32,000 nt of DNA from Methanothermobacter thermautotrophicus str. Delta H. GTDB taxonomy: Archaea > Methanobacteriota > Methanobacteria > Methanobacteriales > Methanothermobacteraceae. The stretch spans positions 1,440,001 through 1,472,000 of the forward strand of contig NC_000916.1 of assembly GCF_000008645.1 (NCBI RefSeq). Reading direction: 5' to 3'. The position numbers were made by a program, and so were the translations under genes. Positions 17,934 through 28,125 of this stretch are shown here, piece after piece. The notes under the pieces are model-generated. The model saw nothing but the letters and a program-made list of their open reading frames with translations, was not told the DNA's origin and searched no databases. The stretch's first letter is position 1. Every line of letters begins with the position of its first letter.

Positions 17934-19163
17934 TTAAGCCCCGAATTTTTCCTTTTTGTTCATGAGGTCGAGGAGTATGTCCATGACATCGGATCCCCGT
18001 ATCCGGCAGAGACCACCAGCCGCGGCGGCCCTCTCACTGAAGGATGTGACATCATCAACACGGACCTCCGGCCCGGTTATGGCGATGGGCACAGGGTCAC
18101 CTGTGTGGTCCATGACAGATACAGGTGTTGAGTGGTCCGCCGTTAGTATGAAGTAGATATCATCCCCCATCAGGTCCCCGAGGATGGAGTCGACCCTCTC
18201 AATGAAACGGACCTTTCCCTCGAGGTCGCCGTCGTGTCCAGCCTCATCAGCACCATCGATGTTTATGAGGAGGAAATCGTAATCAGCGGCAATTGCACTG
18301 GATATGGCGTTCTTTATGCTCTCAAGGTCTGTGTCTATTCCCCCGGTGGCCCCCTCAACGTCTATCACATCCATGCCTGTGAGGTGCCCTATACCCTTTA
18401 TGAGTCCTGTTTCGGCTATGCACGCCGCCTTCAGATCGTAGCGTTCCTGGAATTTCTCAACATGTGGAACGGCACCTGCCCCCCGTGGGAGTATTATGTT
18501 TGCAGGGGCCTCACCCCTTTCGATCCTCCCGGTGTTGACCGGGTGGTCCCTCAGGATTTCATAGGATTCCTTAACGATCCTGTTGAGGACCTCAGCTGTC
18601 TTCCGGGATTCAGGGGATCCATCAAGTGCCTTTATCTTCTTCGGAGGTTTTCCCTCCACCTTGGGGTCTGCATCTGAGACCTTATCCCCGAGTCCGGGTC
18701 CCCTCAGTACAAGGACTGCCCTGTGACCTGTTGATTCCCTGAATATTATTTCAACGTCCTCAAAGCCCTCAATGGTCATTGAATTTATCGTCCGGGCTAT
18801 ACTTGAGGTTCCTGACCTTATACGTCCGGCTCTCCTGTCTGTTATTATCATATCCTCGTCTGCAGTTGCGAAGTTGCACCTGAATGCGATGTCCCCTGGC
18901 TTCACATCAAGGCCAACACCAGCGGCCTCAAAGGGTCCCCTTCCGGTGTAAACCCTGTAGGGATCATATCCGAGGATTGAAAGGTGCGATGTGTCGCTCC
19001 CCGCCCTCACACCGGGTTTTATGGGGTCCATTATACCGTTAATACCTGACTCTGCTATCCTGTCCATATTGGGGGTGCTGGCGGCCTCGAGAGGTGTTCT
19101 GCCTGAGAGTTTCTCAAGCGGGCGGTCAGCCATCCCGTCTATTATCATTATTACCCCTTTCAT
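17934..19163 (-). CDS. apgM: 2,3-bisphosphoglycerate-independent phosphoglycerate mutase (archaeal ApgM)
   Basis: 409 aa. [35 protein letters not shown]...[14 protein letters not shown]...TADHSTP. Confidence 0.93.
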   Translation of the reverse strand: MKGVIMIIDGMADRPLEKLSGRTPLEAASTPNMDRIAESGINGIMDPIKPGVRAGSDTSHLSILGYDPYRVYTGRGPFEAAGVGLDVKPGDIAFRCNFATADEDMIITDRRAGRIRSGTSSIARTINSMTIEGFEDVEIIFRESTGHRAVLVLRGPGLGDKVSDADPKVEGKPPKKIKALDGSPESRKTAEVLNRIVKESYEILRDHPVNTGRIERGEAPANIILPRGAGAVPHVEKFQERYDLKAACIAETGLIKGIGHLTGMDVIDVEGATGGIDTDLESIKNAISSAIAADYDFLLINIDGADEAGHDGDLEGKVRFIERVDSILGDLMGDDIYFILTADHSTPVSVMDHTGDPVPIAITGPEVRVDDVTSFSERAAAAGGLCRIRGSDVMDILLDLMNKKEKFGA

Positions 19164-19193
19164 GATTAACCCACCTTCCTAGATTTATGATCT

Positions 19194-19877
19194 CTATCCT
19201 AAAATAATTCCTATAACTGCCCCTGTAACTGTTGCAAGGAGGTTCACATGTTCATTGGTGAGGTACTTCCTTCTTTCAAGGACTGCACCCAGAAGACTGT
19301 CCATGAAGCAACCCACAGTCCCTGCAATCACAGCCACCTTCATTGATTTGAGGGGATCAGGGCATACACCAAGTAAAAATGCTGATAAACCAATTATACC
19401 TGCTCCCGCTATACCAGCAGCGGTTCCAAGGGATGATATGCCTCCATCGGTCCCGGGTTCCACCCTCTTAAGTGTTGTTATGAGTCGCGGTGTCTGCAGA
19501 ACTCCGATCTCACTCGCCATGGTATCGGCGGTGGCGGTTGCAACGGATCCTATGAAGCCCCCAACAAAACCGTCATAGTATCCAAAGGCAGCCATTATGA
19601 AGGGCACTATCCCATTCGATATAACGTTCTTGGCGCTTCTGGTTCCCTCAAAGACACCAAGCTCCTTCTTGTATTCATGTCTGTACTTTGTTGATAGGAG
19701 GCCAAGAACGAGGAAAATAAAAATAAGAAGGAGCCAGTTAAAACCGGCGGATAATATTATGAGAAGACCCATAAGGATCATGAAAAGGGACCCCCATACA
19801 TCGAGGGCACCTCTATAGTAGGTTAAGAATCCAATGAATACGCACAGGAGTACGTATCCAATGTTGAGGTCTATCAT
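19194..19877 (-). CDS. DUF92/TIGR00297-type integral membrane protein
   Basis: 227 aa, hydrophobic, with GFVGSVATATADTMASEIGVL...GTDGGISSLGTAAGIAGA, typical of the DUF92 (VTE6-like) family. Confidence 0.85.
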   Translation of the reverse strand: MIDLNIGYVLLCVFIGFLTYYRGALDVWGSLFMILMGLLIILSAGFNWLLLIFIFLVLGLLSTKYRHEYKKELGVFEGTRSAKNVISNGIVPFIMAAFGYYDGFVGGFIGSVATATADTMASEIGVLQTPRLITTLKRVEPGTDGGISSLGTAAGIAGAGIIGLSAFLLGVCPDPLKSMKVAVIAGTVGCFMDSLLGAVLERRKYLTNEHVNLLATVTGAVIGIILG

Positions 19878-19898
19878 GAGGGGTCCCGATCCATTTGA

Positions 19899-20486
19899 TT
19901 AGGCTGGTTCCTCCAGAACCCTGCTCTTTATTATTTCAACCCTCTTGAGGGGGTAGATCTTCTTGGCCTGGTGGTATATTTCTGAGGCTATTTTTCCTGT
20001 TACAATACCCTCCACGAGTTCCTCAAAGGTCTTCTCTGAGGCGATTTCTCTGAGGTGTTCCTCTATGCTCTGCCTCATGTACTTCTGCTGTGAGGACTTC
20101 GCCCTTCGGATTGTTATGGCCAGGGGATGGACCTTAAGTTTGTAACCATCCTTTGTTTCAACTATAACCGGGGCATCGACCCTGCTCGTACCCCTCCTTA
20201 TCATGCTCCTGACGTAGTCCGTCGTGACCTGGTGGCCTATGAACCTGGTTGTGGCCTCACTGCCGGCGACGCTGTCTATCTGGAACTTCAGCTTAACGTA
20301 CTGCTTTGAGAAGTCTCCGGTCAGTTCCCTCATGGTGGCTTCAACCCTCCTCTTGAGGAGGAAGTCAGGGTCCCTTGAGGGTGTTGTTCCTATCTCGTTT
20401 TCTCCAAACAGTTTAGGACTTTTTATCACATACCATTTCTTTTCTTTCCATGTATCACGTACTCTCCTTCTTCGAGCCTTTGCCAT
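19899..20486 (-). CDS. rps3ae: Ribosomal protein S3Ae (eS1)
   Basis: 195 aa. KKWYVIKSPKLFGENEIGTTPSRDPDFLLKRRVEATMRELTGDFSKQYVKLKFQI...IEEHLREIASEKTFEELV. Confidence 0.93.
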   Translation of the reverse strand: MAKARRRRVRDTWKEKKWYVIKSPKLFGENEIGTTPSRDPDFLLKRRVEATMRELTGDFSKQYVKLKFQIDSVAGSEATTRFIGHQVTTDYVRSMIRRGTSRVDAPVIVETKDGYKLKVHPLAITIRRAKSSQQKYMRQSIEEHLREIASEKTFEELVEGIVTGKIASEIYHQAKKIYPLKRVEIIKSRVLEEPA

Positions 20487-20691
20487 TATATCACCTTAAT
20501 CTTTAACACCGTAAAAACAGCTGGATTTAACATAAATTCAAAAAATTCATATTTAACTGGTTAACCATGATTTAGAGTTACATACACCGCCAGTATGGAA
20601 TACTCTATAATAGGATAAGGGAGTATTTAAATCTTGACATGGTGGTTTGGGGTGCTGTGTGGTCATGAATATGAACAGCCAGTTATGCGGG

Positions 20692-21017
20692 TTACACTGA
20701 CTTCATGAATTCGGTGTGCCTGATCCACCTTTCAAGCACTTCCTCAACCGGGCCCTCATCGGCCACGAATTTTATACTGGCATCCTCAATCCCGACCTTA
20801 CCCCTGAGGCCGGCCTGGACAGCTATTACAACATCACAGTCTCTGATGGCATCAAGGGCTTTCATCCACTGATGTTTCCCGGGTTCAGAGATTTCAACGG
20901 TCCGCCTCTCAAGAAATCTTGGTTTACCCCCACTGTATTCATACACAAGGAACTGGGAGGCCCTCCCGAAATGGAGGTCAACCTCCTCCCCCTGGAGGAG
21001 GCCAGTGCTATCCTCAT
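20692..21017 (-). pseudogene. NifX/NifB-associated (dinitrogenase Fe-Mo cofactor family) domain protein, CDS interrupted by an apparent 1-nt loss in a G run at 20988-20992
   Basis: ATG 21017 gives MRIALASSRG. After adding one G, the frame continues EEVDLHFGRASQFLVYEYSGGKPRFLERRTVEISEPGKHQWMKALDAIRDCDVVIAVQAGLRGKVGIE. The track ORF 20692..20946 starts mid-domain at an internal GTG. Confidence 0.8.
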
Positions 21018-21018
21018 C

Positions 21019-21591
21019 TTAAGAACCGCCATTTATCCTTTTTATGAGCTCAGCCACGTTTTCTCCGAAACGTCTTATGGTCTCAATTCCCTCACTGTCA
21101 TCTTCAACCTCGCCGGGGGCCCATCCAAATACCATGTTCCAGTAGGTTGAACCCGGTACTATCATGTCGTTTATGAAGTAGAACATCAGGAGTTCCTGTA
21201 TGGTCGCGGTGTGGCCTCCGCGCCTTGCAACCGCAATGGGGCCACCGACCTTCCAGCTCAGGAATCCGTCTGAGGCCCTTGAAACCATCCCGATCCGCTG
21301 CAGCGCCGCCATCAGGTCGCCTCTGGCGGTTCCAAAGTAGACAGGGGTTGCAACTATGAAACCCTCGGAGTCACGTATCCTGTCGATTATATCGTTGAGG
21401 CCGTCATCTATCCTGCAGCGGTGCTTCTTCGCACAGCTCAGACAGGCCCTGCAGGATTCGATTTTCATTCCACGGAGTGATATTATATCTGTTTCAACAC
21501 CATGGCTCTCTATAGCATCCCTGCAGTGCTCAAGGACCATCATGGTGTTGCTCTTCTTTCTCGGGCTTGCAGATATCATTAAAACCTTCAT
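21019..21591 (-). CDS. NADPH-dependent FMN reductase / iron-sulfur flavoprotein-like flavodoxin-fold protein
   Basis: From ATG 21591 (RBS AGGAG): MKVLMISASPRKKSNTMMVLEHCRDAIE...ACLSCAKKHRCRIDDGLNDIIDRI...ATPVYFG. Track start 21687 is upstream of the likely one. Confidence 0.88.
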   Translation of the reverse strand: MKVLMISASPRKKSNTMMVLEHCRDAIESHGVETDIISLRGMKIESCRACLSCAKKHRCRIDDGLNDIIDRIRDSEGFIVATPVYFGTARGDLMAALQRIGMVSRASDGFLSWKVGGPIAVARRGGHTATIQELLMFYFINDMIVPGSTYWNMVFGWAPGEVEDDSEGIETIRRFGENVAELIKRINGGS

Positions 21592-22372
21592 ATAACTCCT
21601 CCTCATGATTATTAACGTCGGCACCTCTGAGTGCATGCTGACATGGACATGATTGCTCTGTTTTGAGGTCCCTGATTGCAGCATCAATGATGTCTATGAG
21701 ATCATTCTTCTTCTCATCCATAATCTCGAAGACCTCATCTATGGTGAGCTTGCTGGGTGAAATGGACGCCGCATAGTTGGATACGAGGCATATGCTTGCA
21801 TAGCACATCTCAAGCTCCCTTGCAAGGACGGCCTCTGGCAGTCCTGTCATGCCAACCACGGTGCCCCCAAGGGTCTGGAACATCCTTATCTCTGCAGGTG
21901 TTTCAAACCTGGGGCCCTCGGTGCACACGTACACCCCCCCATCAACCACACCTGATGATCCGCTGAGGGCGGAACGTATATTCCTGCAGTAGGGCTCTGT
22001 CATGTCTACATGCACTGTTTTCTCATCATAGAAGGTTGATGGACGGGACCTCGTGAAGTCGAGGAAGTCATGAGGCACAACAAAGTCCCCGGGCCCTATG
22101 GACCTTTTAAGAGACCCAACAGCATTTGTTGCTATTATCTGTCTGACCCCCAGCTCTTTGAGGGCCCATATGTTCGCCCGGTAGTTTACCATGTGCGGGG
22201 GTTTGTCATGGCCCGGTGAGTGCCTTGGTATGAAGGCGACCCTCCGCCCGTGGAGTTTGAATACGGATATTTCAGGGGTTTTGCCGTAGGGGGTGATGAG
22301 GGACCCCCTTCTCTCCAGCCTCCCGTATTCAGCCATCTCATATATGCCGGTACCTCCAATGATCCCTATCAT
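21530..22372 (-). CDS. mtnP: 5'-methylthioadenosine phosphorylase / purine nucleoside phosphorylase family
   Basis: From ATG 22372: MIGIIGGTGIYEM...FIPRHSPGHDKPPHMVNYRANIWALKELGV...NAVGSL...TEGPRFETPAEIRMF. C-terminal CPCQHALRGA matches the archaeal MTAP CxC tail. Overlaps the downstream flavoprotein by 62 nt. Confidence 0.9.
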   Translation of the reverse strand: MIGIIGGTGIYEMAEYGRLERRGSLITPYGKTPEISVFKLHGRRVAFIPRHSPGHDKPPHMVNYRANIWALKELGVRQIIATNAVGSLKRSIGPGDFVVPHDFLDFTRSRPSTFYDEKTVHVDMTEPYCRNIRSALSGSSGVVDGGVYVCTEGPRFETPAEIRMFQTLGGTVVGMTGLPEAVLARELEMCYASICLVSNYAASISPSKLTIDEVFEIMDEKKNDLIDIIDAAIRDLKTEQSCPCQHALRGADVNNHEEELYEGFNDICKPEKEEQHHDGP

Positions 22373-22385
22373 TGCTTCACCCCGG

Positions 22386-23834
22386 CTATCCCTTGGCAAC
22401 GCCGAGGGGGAGCATCCTCGCCACAAGGCGGGATATTCCTGTTTCATGGGCGGTTCTAACAACGACGTCCACGTCCTTGTAGGCCCCGGGGGCCTCCTCT
22501 GCAACCACAGGCATGGAGGTGGCCCTGACATAGATGCCCTCACTTTCAAGTTTCCTCTGGACCTCCTCGCCGCGGTAGGTCTTCTTGGCACCTGCACGGC
22601 TCATCTTACGCCCGGCGCCGTGGGCGGTTGAACCGAAGGTCTCCTCCATGGCAACCTCTGTTCCGTGGAGCAGGTAGGATGATGTTCCCATTGTCCCCGG
22701 TATTATCACCGGTTGACCGATTTTCCGGTACTCCTGAGGTATCTCATCCCTTCCCGGTCCAAAGGCCCTTGTAGCCCCCTTCCTGTGGACGAATACCTCT
22801 GTTTCACGACCCTTTATGGTGTGGACCTCCTTCTTGGCTATGTTGTGGGCCACGTCATAGACGATTTCCATCTCCATGTCCTCTGCAGTCATACCGAAGA
22901 CGGCCTCAAAGGATTCCCTGACCCAGTGGACTATCATCTGACGGTTGGCCCAGGCATAATTTGCAGCTGCTGCCATGGCCTGGAAGTAATCCAGGGCCTC
23001 ATCCGAGTCCACAGGGGCGCATGCAAGCTGCCTGTCAGGTATGTTTATCTTGTACCTCCTGTATGCCTTGTCCATGAGCCTGAGGTAATCTGAGCAGATC
23101 TGGTGGCCGCAGCCACGTGAACCTGAGTGTATCATGACGGCGACCTTTCCGGGGCTCACACCGTAGACCCTAGCTGCTTCCTCATCGAAGATCTCATCAA
23201 CCATCTGGACCTCGAGGAAGTGGTTACCTGAGCCAAGGGATCCGAGCTGGGGTATGCCCCTCTTCTTGGCCTTTTCACTGACCTTTTCTGAGCTGGCATC
23301 CTCCATTTTACCGTTTTCTTCAAGGCGCCTGAGGTCCTGGTCCCAGCCGTATCCGTTTTCAACGGCCCATTCAGCCCCGTTTTCAAGCACCTCATCGATC
23401 TCCCCGGGTTTCAGGCGTATCTTCCCCTTACTCCCAACACCGGAGGGGACATTGGTGAAGAGTGTGTTTATGAGCTCCTTTATCTTTGGCCTGACATCCT
23501 CATGGTCAAGGTTTGTCCTGACCATCCTCACACCACAGTTTATATCGAATCCAACACCTCCAGGGCTTATAACTCCTGTTCGGGCGCTGAAGGCACCCAC
23601 ACCTCCAATGCTGAAGCCGTAACCGAAGTGAATATCTGGCAGTCCAATGGAAAACTTCTGGATACCCGGGAGACAGGCAACATTGGCCACCTGATCGATG
23701 GCACCCTTCTCAAGGTCCCTGAGGGCCTCCTCCCTCAGGAAGATCCTCCCGGGCACCCTCATCCCCTTCTTGTATGATGTTGGAACTTCCCATACGGATT
23801 CTCTCACCTTAACCAGTTCTTCATGTATACTCAT
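22386..23834 (-). CDS. rtcB: RNA-splicing ligase RtcB
   Basis: [67 protein letters not shown] at 23834 (MSIHEEL) preferred over track start 23852. Confidence 0.96.
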
Positions 23835-23865
23835 GCAAACCATCTCCATCATTTCTTCTCATCAA

Positions 23866-24288
23866 TTAGAGGTCCAGAATTACCCTCGCCTTTATCAGCC
23901 CATCTTCATCCAGGATTTCCATCATATGGAATGTCACGGCCTTCACCTCGTCACGCCGCTCATGGCCTTCCTTTATCTCTTCACCCATGGCGGTGCCGGT
24001 GAGGTGGAGGCCATCATCTTTCTCATCTATCTTAACTTTGAATTTACTGAATAAAATAAATTCAGTGTCATGTATGAAGAGCAGTTCATCCAGCCAGTCA
24101 TAGAGAAGCGAAACCCTATCCTCTGATGTGATTTCAACTCTCCTCTCCTCAGCAGCCTCAACCAGTGACGTGTCGGTCATAACCTCGAACATTGCAAGGG
24201 CTGCGTTCTCAAAGACCTCCTCGAGGTCATGTCCATAGGCCCAGAATCCAGCATCTGCAGTGACATCAAAGAATTCAAACCCTTTCAT
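23866..24288 (-). CDS. Archease (RtcB activator)
   Basis: 140 aa. FEFFDVTADAGFWAYGHDLEEVFENAALAMFEVMTD...LLYDWLDELLFIHDTE. Directly upstream of rtcB. Confidence 0.95.
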   Translation of the reverse strand: MKGFEFFDVTADAGFWAYGHDLEEVFENAALAMFEVMTDTSLVEAAEERRVEITSEDRVSLLYDWLDELLFIHDTEFILFSKFKVKIDEKDDGLHLTGTAMGEEIKEGHERRDEVKAVTFHMMEILDEDGLIKARVILDL

Positions 24289-24463
24289 GGTCTCCCTCCC
24301 GGTGTGCAGCAGGTGATATTGATCATAAACTTAAGATGCACATACACTGAGTTATTGAGGGGGGTTCTCTATCCGGTATGTGCTTTACTCTTTACTTCTC
24401 AGGCGCTCTCTATCTCTTTTCTTAAATAATCTCCACATGAACATGGTAGTGGAGTGGATTATT

Positions 24464-24631
24464 ATGCACAGTCTGAGGAAATCAAACAGTATATGGAGAC
24501 GTCTCGGGCACCTTGCCGTTGTGGTGGATGTGAGGTCATGTTTAATCATCTCAATGGTTCTCATGGCCCTCCTGTGGGGCGTTATCAGCGTCGCAGCGGG
24601 AGGAAACTCAAATTATCCTGCGGGTATCTGA
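24464..24631 (+). CDS. Possible small single-TM peptide or gene remnant in the archease-cdc6 interval
   Basis: Frame of track ORF 24380..24631, from ATG 24464 (upstream GGAG): MHSLRKSNSIWRRLGHLAVVVDVRSCLIISMVLMALLWGVISVAAGGNSNYPAGI. Hydrophobic segment present; no recognised family. Confidence 0.25.
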   Translation: MHSLRKSNSIWRRLGHLAVVVDVRSCLIISMVLMALLWGVISVAAGGNSNYPAGI

Positions 24632-24632
24632 A

Positions 24633-25772
24633 TCAGAAGCCAGGGCACCTTCTGAGGTCCTCCCTGCTGAAACGTGGAATCAAAATCCGGGAGTTACCAC
24701 GAACACCCTTACCGGTGAGCCTTGTGTCAATCAACCTTAAAAATTCCAGTTTCTCAATGATCCTGTTGAAGGATGAGTAGCTTGAACCTGTGCTCTCCCT
24801 GAAGAGCTCGTAGAGGGCCCCGGCTGTCATATCCTCGCCGGCGTCTGCAAGTATCCTCAGAAACTCCCTCTCATTTTCGTTCAGGGTTCGCACCGTGTGT
24901 ATGAGATTCACGGGTCCTGTGCTCTTCAGGGCCCTTTCAAGGTGCTCCTCTCCTATCACCGGCGATGCATCCGCCTCTGCAAGGTTTCCACAGACCCTCA
25001 GGAGGTCTATACCGTAGCGGAGATCCCCGGTATCCATTGTATGGTCAGTTATCCTCTCAAGGAGCTCATCGGAAATGACACCCGGGTAGAATCCGACCCT
25101 GACACGATCCCTGAGTATGTTGAACACCTCCTCACGGGTGTAGGGAGGGAATACGATCTCCTGGGGTATGAATATGGAGTCAACATTTTTATCAAGGGCG
25201 TATCTGAACTCGATGTCTGAGAGAACAGCGAATACCCCGGTCCTCACACCCTCAAATACTTCATGGGCCCTAAGTATATCGTAGAGTACCTTGTTCGCAT
25301 TTTTACTGTAGAAGAGGTGGTTTATGTCATCAAGGGCAACCACCAGGGCCCTCTTCTCGCTGGCAAGGTGCTGCATTATGGTCTGATATATCCTTGAGAA
25401 TGGCACTCCGGTTTCAGGGGGCTGGTGCCCGAATATCTTGCTGTAGATCTGTGAAAAGATCCCGAATCTTGTGGTGTGGAGCTGACAGTTTATGTAGCAG
25501 CATACAACGCCCTCTGATGTTGATTCAACCATTTCAAATATCTTTTTTATGGCGGTTGTCTTACCTGTTGCACAGGACCCCAGTATAACCGCATTGACGG
25601 GCCTCCCATTCCTCAGGGCGGGCCTTATACACACTGCAAGGGCCTCCATCTGGGACTCCCTGTACCTGTAGTTCTCAGGAACATAGTCGGGGTCAAAGGC
25701 GTTCATGTTCCTGAAGAGGGTCTCATCATGCAAGAGTATATCCCTTATATCGCGCCTCTTATCGCCTTTCAT
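24633..25772 (-). CDS. cdc6: Orc1/Cdc6 replication initiation protein
   Basis: 379 aa. Walker A LGSCATGKTTAIK, Walker B VVALDDINHL, sensor region, C-terminal winged helix. Confidence 0.93.
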   Translation of the reverse strand: MKGDKRRDIRDILLHDETLFRNMNAFDPDYVPENYRYRESQMEALAVCIRPALRNGRPVNAVILGSCATGKTTAIKKIFEMVESTSEGVVCCYINCQLHTTRFGIFSQIYSKIFGHQPPETGVPFSRIYQTIMQHLASEKRALVVALDDINHLFYSKNANKVLYDILRAHEVFEGVRTGVFAVLSDIEFRYALDKNVDSIFIPQEIVFPPYTREEVFNILRDRVRVGFYPGVISDELLERITDHTMDTGDLRYGIDLLRVCGNLAEADASPVIGEEHLERALKSTGPVNLIHTVRTLNENEREFLRILADAGEDMTAGALYELFRESTGSSYSSFNRIIEKLEFLRLIDTRLTGKGVRGNSRILIPRFSREDLRRCPGF

Positions 25773-25798
25773 GGTCCTTCACGTTCATTTTATTGAAT

Positions 25799-26497
25799 TC
25801 ACCATCTCTCTATCCTGACATCCCCGTTCCTCTCAAGCCAGTCTATTAGTCTGCTGGCGTACTCAAGTTTGAGCCTTTTAACGGGATCGGCCGGTCCAAG
25901 CTCAGAGTCCATATCAGGCCTTGAGTACCTTGTCACAACCTCACCGAAGTCCATGCCTGCCAGCACTATACGACCGGCGCCGAGGGCTGCGGCAAGGAAA
26001 ACAGCGCGGTCACCATCTGTGAATCCACCAAAATTGTGGAGACAGCCATGGGGGATGCTCTGGGTTGTCCCGATGATGTTCTGGAGGAGTGGGAGGTACC
26101 TCCTGAGGGCAGGGAGGTTGTTTCCATGGGCGTGGACCACCACCACTGCCCCCTGCCGGTTTGCCTCGATTATATCCTCCATCTTACCATCGAGGTCAGT
26201 TACTATTATATCAGGCAGCACATCCTCCTCGAGGAGTGCAGTGGTGGCACCATCTGCCGAGATGACTGTCATTGGCTCATCAAGGGCCCTGAACCTTTTG
26301 AGGTGGGATCTGAGTGATGGTCCAGCCCCGAATACAATGAAGTCACTGGATGGGACATCAATGTCATCAACCCGCAGGCATCCGTGTTCCCTGAGGAAGG
26401 CGTCGAGGTATGATGCTGACTCCTCATCAGCCCTCCTGTCAAATCCAAAGTCATCAAGTATACGTGTGTACCATCTGAGCCATACCTGGACTTCCAT
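25799..26497 (-). CDS. mptE: 6-hydroxymethyl-7,8-dihydropterin pyrophosphokinase (MptE type)
   Basis: 232 aa. FIVFGAGPSLRSHL...ISADGATTALLEEDVLPDIIVTDLDG...VVVHAHGNN...GFTDGDRAVFLAAALGA, DUF115/MptE motifs. Confidence 0.88.
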   Translation of the reverse strand: MEVQVWLRWYTRILDDFGFDRRADEESASYLDAFLREHGCLRVDDIDVPSSDFIVFGAGPSLRSHLKRFRALDEPMTVISADGATTALLEEDVLPDIIVTDLDGKMEDIIEANRQGAVVVVHAHGNNLPALRRYLPLLQNIIGTTQSIPHGCLHNFGGFTDGDRAVFLAAALGAGRIVLAGMDFGEVVTRYSRPDMDSELGPADPVKRLKLEYASRLIDWLERNGDVRIERW

Positions 26498-26743
26498 GGG
26501 ATAACTTTATCCACATTTATATATCATTCTTTGGGTTTTCTCCTGGTGGGAGCTGGAGCTCAGGAGCCTGATTCAGGTCCCTGAAGCCGCGATCCATCAG
26601 TTAATCACCTCTTCAGGGCCCCATGACTGGCTGATTTTCAGGTCGGATTTACTGATGGCTGGCCGGGACTCATGTAAATCTTTTTAAATGGACAGATTAA
26701 AAATAGATACAGGTTATGAAATCCACTTTAATCTGGAGGTTTT

Positions 26744-27907
26744 TTGGAAATGGATGAAACACTGCTTATGATCCCCGGGCCGACGAGGGTGGCCCAGAGA
26801 GTCCTTAAGGCAATGTCAGAGAACATTGTTAACCACAGGAGCGCCCTCTTTGGCAGGATCCTGACTGAAACGACTGAGATGATGTCCGATGTTTTCAGGA
26901 CCAGCAATAAGTCTTACCTTCTGACGGGTTCAGGGACAGCTGCAATGGAAGCCGCAGTTGCAAACATTATAGAACCCGGCGATAAGATCCTGAATGTTGT
27001 TGGGGGTAAATTTGGTCAGAGGTTCGCCCAGATAGTGGAGGCCTTTGGAGGCGAATCCATCACCATAGACGTGGAGTGGGGTAAGGCCGTTAACCCCGAT
27101 GACATTGGATACACCCTAGAGGAGAATGATGATATAAAGGCAGTCACAGTAGTCCACAATGAGACATCAACAGGTGTTGCTAACCCCATCAGGGAGATAG
27201 GGAAGATAATGGACGACTACGACGCCCTCTACATAGTTGACACGGTTTCATCCCTGGGAGGGGATGAGGTCGATGTTGAGTCCTACGGCATAGACATCTG
27301 TGTTACAGGTTCCCAGAAGTGCCTTGCAGCACCCCCGGGCATGGCAGCCATAACCCTCAGCAACGACGCCTGGAGGGTCATTGAAGCTGTGGATAATCCC
27401 CGGACATACTACCTGAACCTCAAGAAGTACAGGAAGAGCGGTGACGCGGAGCCACCTGAGACACCATACACCCCTGCAGTTTCACTCATATACGCAATGC
27501 ATGAGGCCCTCAAGGTTATAATGGAGGAGGGACTCAGCAACAGGATAAAGAGGCACAAGATAGCTGCAGAGGCCACAAGGAATGCGGTGAAGGCCCTCGA
27601 CCTTGAACTGTTCCCTGATGAAGCAGTTTCATCAACAACGGTCACGGCTGTTAATCTCCCGGAGGGAGTTACAGATGGTGAACTGAGGGGGACAATGAGG
27701 AACAAGTACCATGTTGAGCTTGCAGGGGGACAGGACCACCTCAAGGGAAGGATATTCCGTATCGGTCACATGGGTAACATAACCCACAGGGAACTTATAA
27801 CAACATTTTCAGCCCTTGAGATGACCCTCAGGGAGCTCGGATTTGAGGTTGAAATGGGAGAGGCTGTTGCAGCAGTTGCAGACACCTACCTCCCTGAGGA
27901 CCTCTAA
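26744..27907 (+). CDS. Class V aminotransferase (serine-pyruvate / alanine-glyoxylate / aspartate-like)
   Basis: 387 aa. MIPGPTRVAQRVLKAMSENIVNHRS...VDTVSSLGGDEVDVESYGIDICVTGSQKCLAAPPG (PLP lysine). ATG 26750 or TTG 26744 possible. Confidence 0.9.
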   Translation: MEMDETLLMIPGPTRVAQRVLKAMSENIVNHRSALFGRILTETTEMMSDVFRTSNKSYLLTGSGTAAMEAAVANIIEPGDKILNVVGGKFGQRFAQIVEAFGGESITIDVEWGKAVNPDDIGYTLEENDDIKAVTVVHNETSTGVANPIREIGKIMDDYDALYIVDTVSSLGGDEVDVESYGIDICVTGSQKCLAAPPGMAAITLSNDAWRVIEAVDNPRTYYLNLKKYRKSGDAEPPETPYTPAVSLIYAMHEALKVIMEEGLSNRIKRHKIAAEATRNAVKALDLELFPDEAVSSTTVTAVNLPEGVTDGELRGTMRNKYHVELAGGQDHLKGRIFRIGHMGNITHRELITTFSALEMTLRELGFEVEMGEAVAAVADTYLPEDL

Positions 27908-28125
27908 ATATCTATTTTTTCGCGGATTTCTCCTTTTTCTGGCGGACCCTAAAACATTCTCCACCCGGAATCACCATGGCCCCTGTTCGTTGACGAAGAG
28001 CTCTCCGTGTTCAGGGGTCCTCCGGGAGCCTAATGCAGTGAGGGACCTCAGAAGATCATTTTCAGACACTTAAGGGGATTAGAATTCTTTAGCACATATC
28101 CCCAGGCCCTCACCATGCAAGGGGA

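Noticed and set aside
21530-22597. Long N-terminal extension of MTAP ([15 protein letters not shown]...)
   Set aside because: It overlaps rtcB out of frame; the family starts at MIGIIGGTGIYEM (22372).
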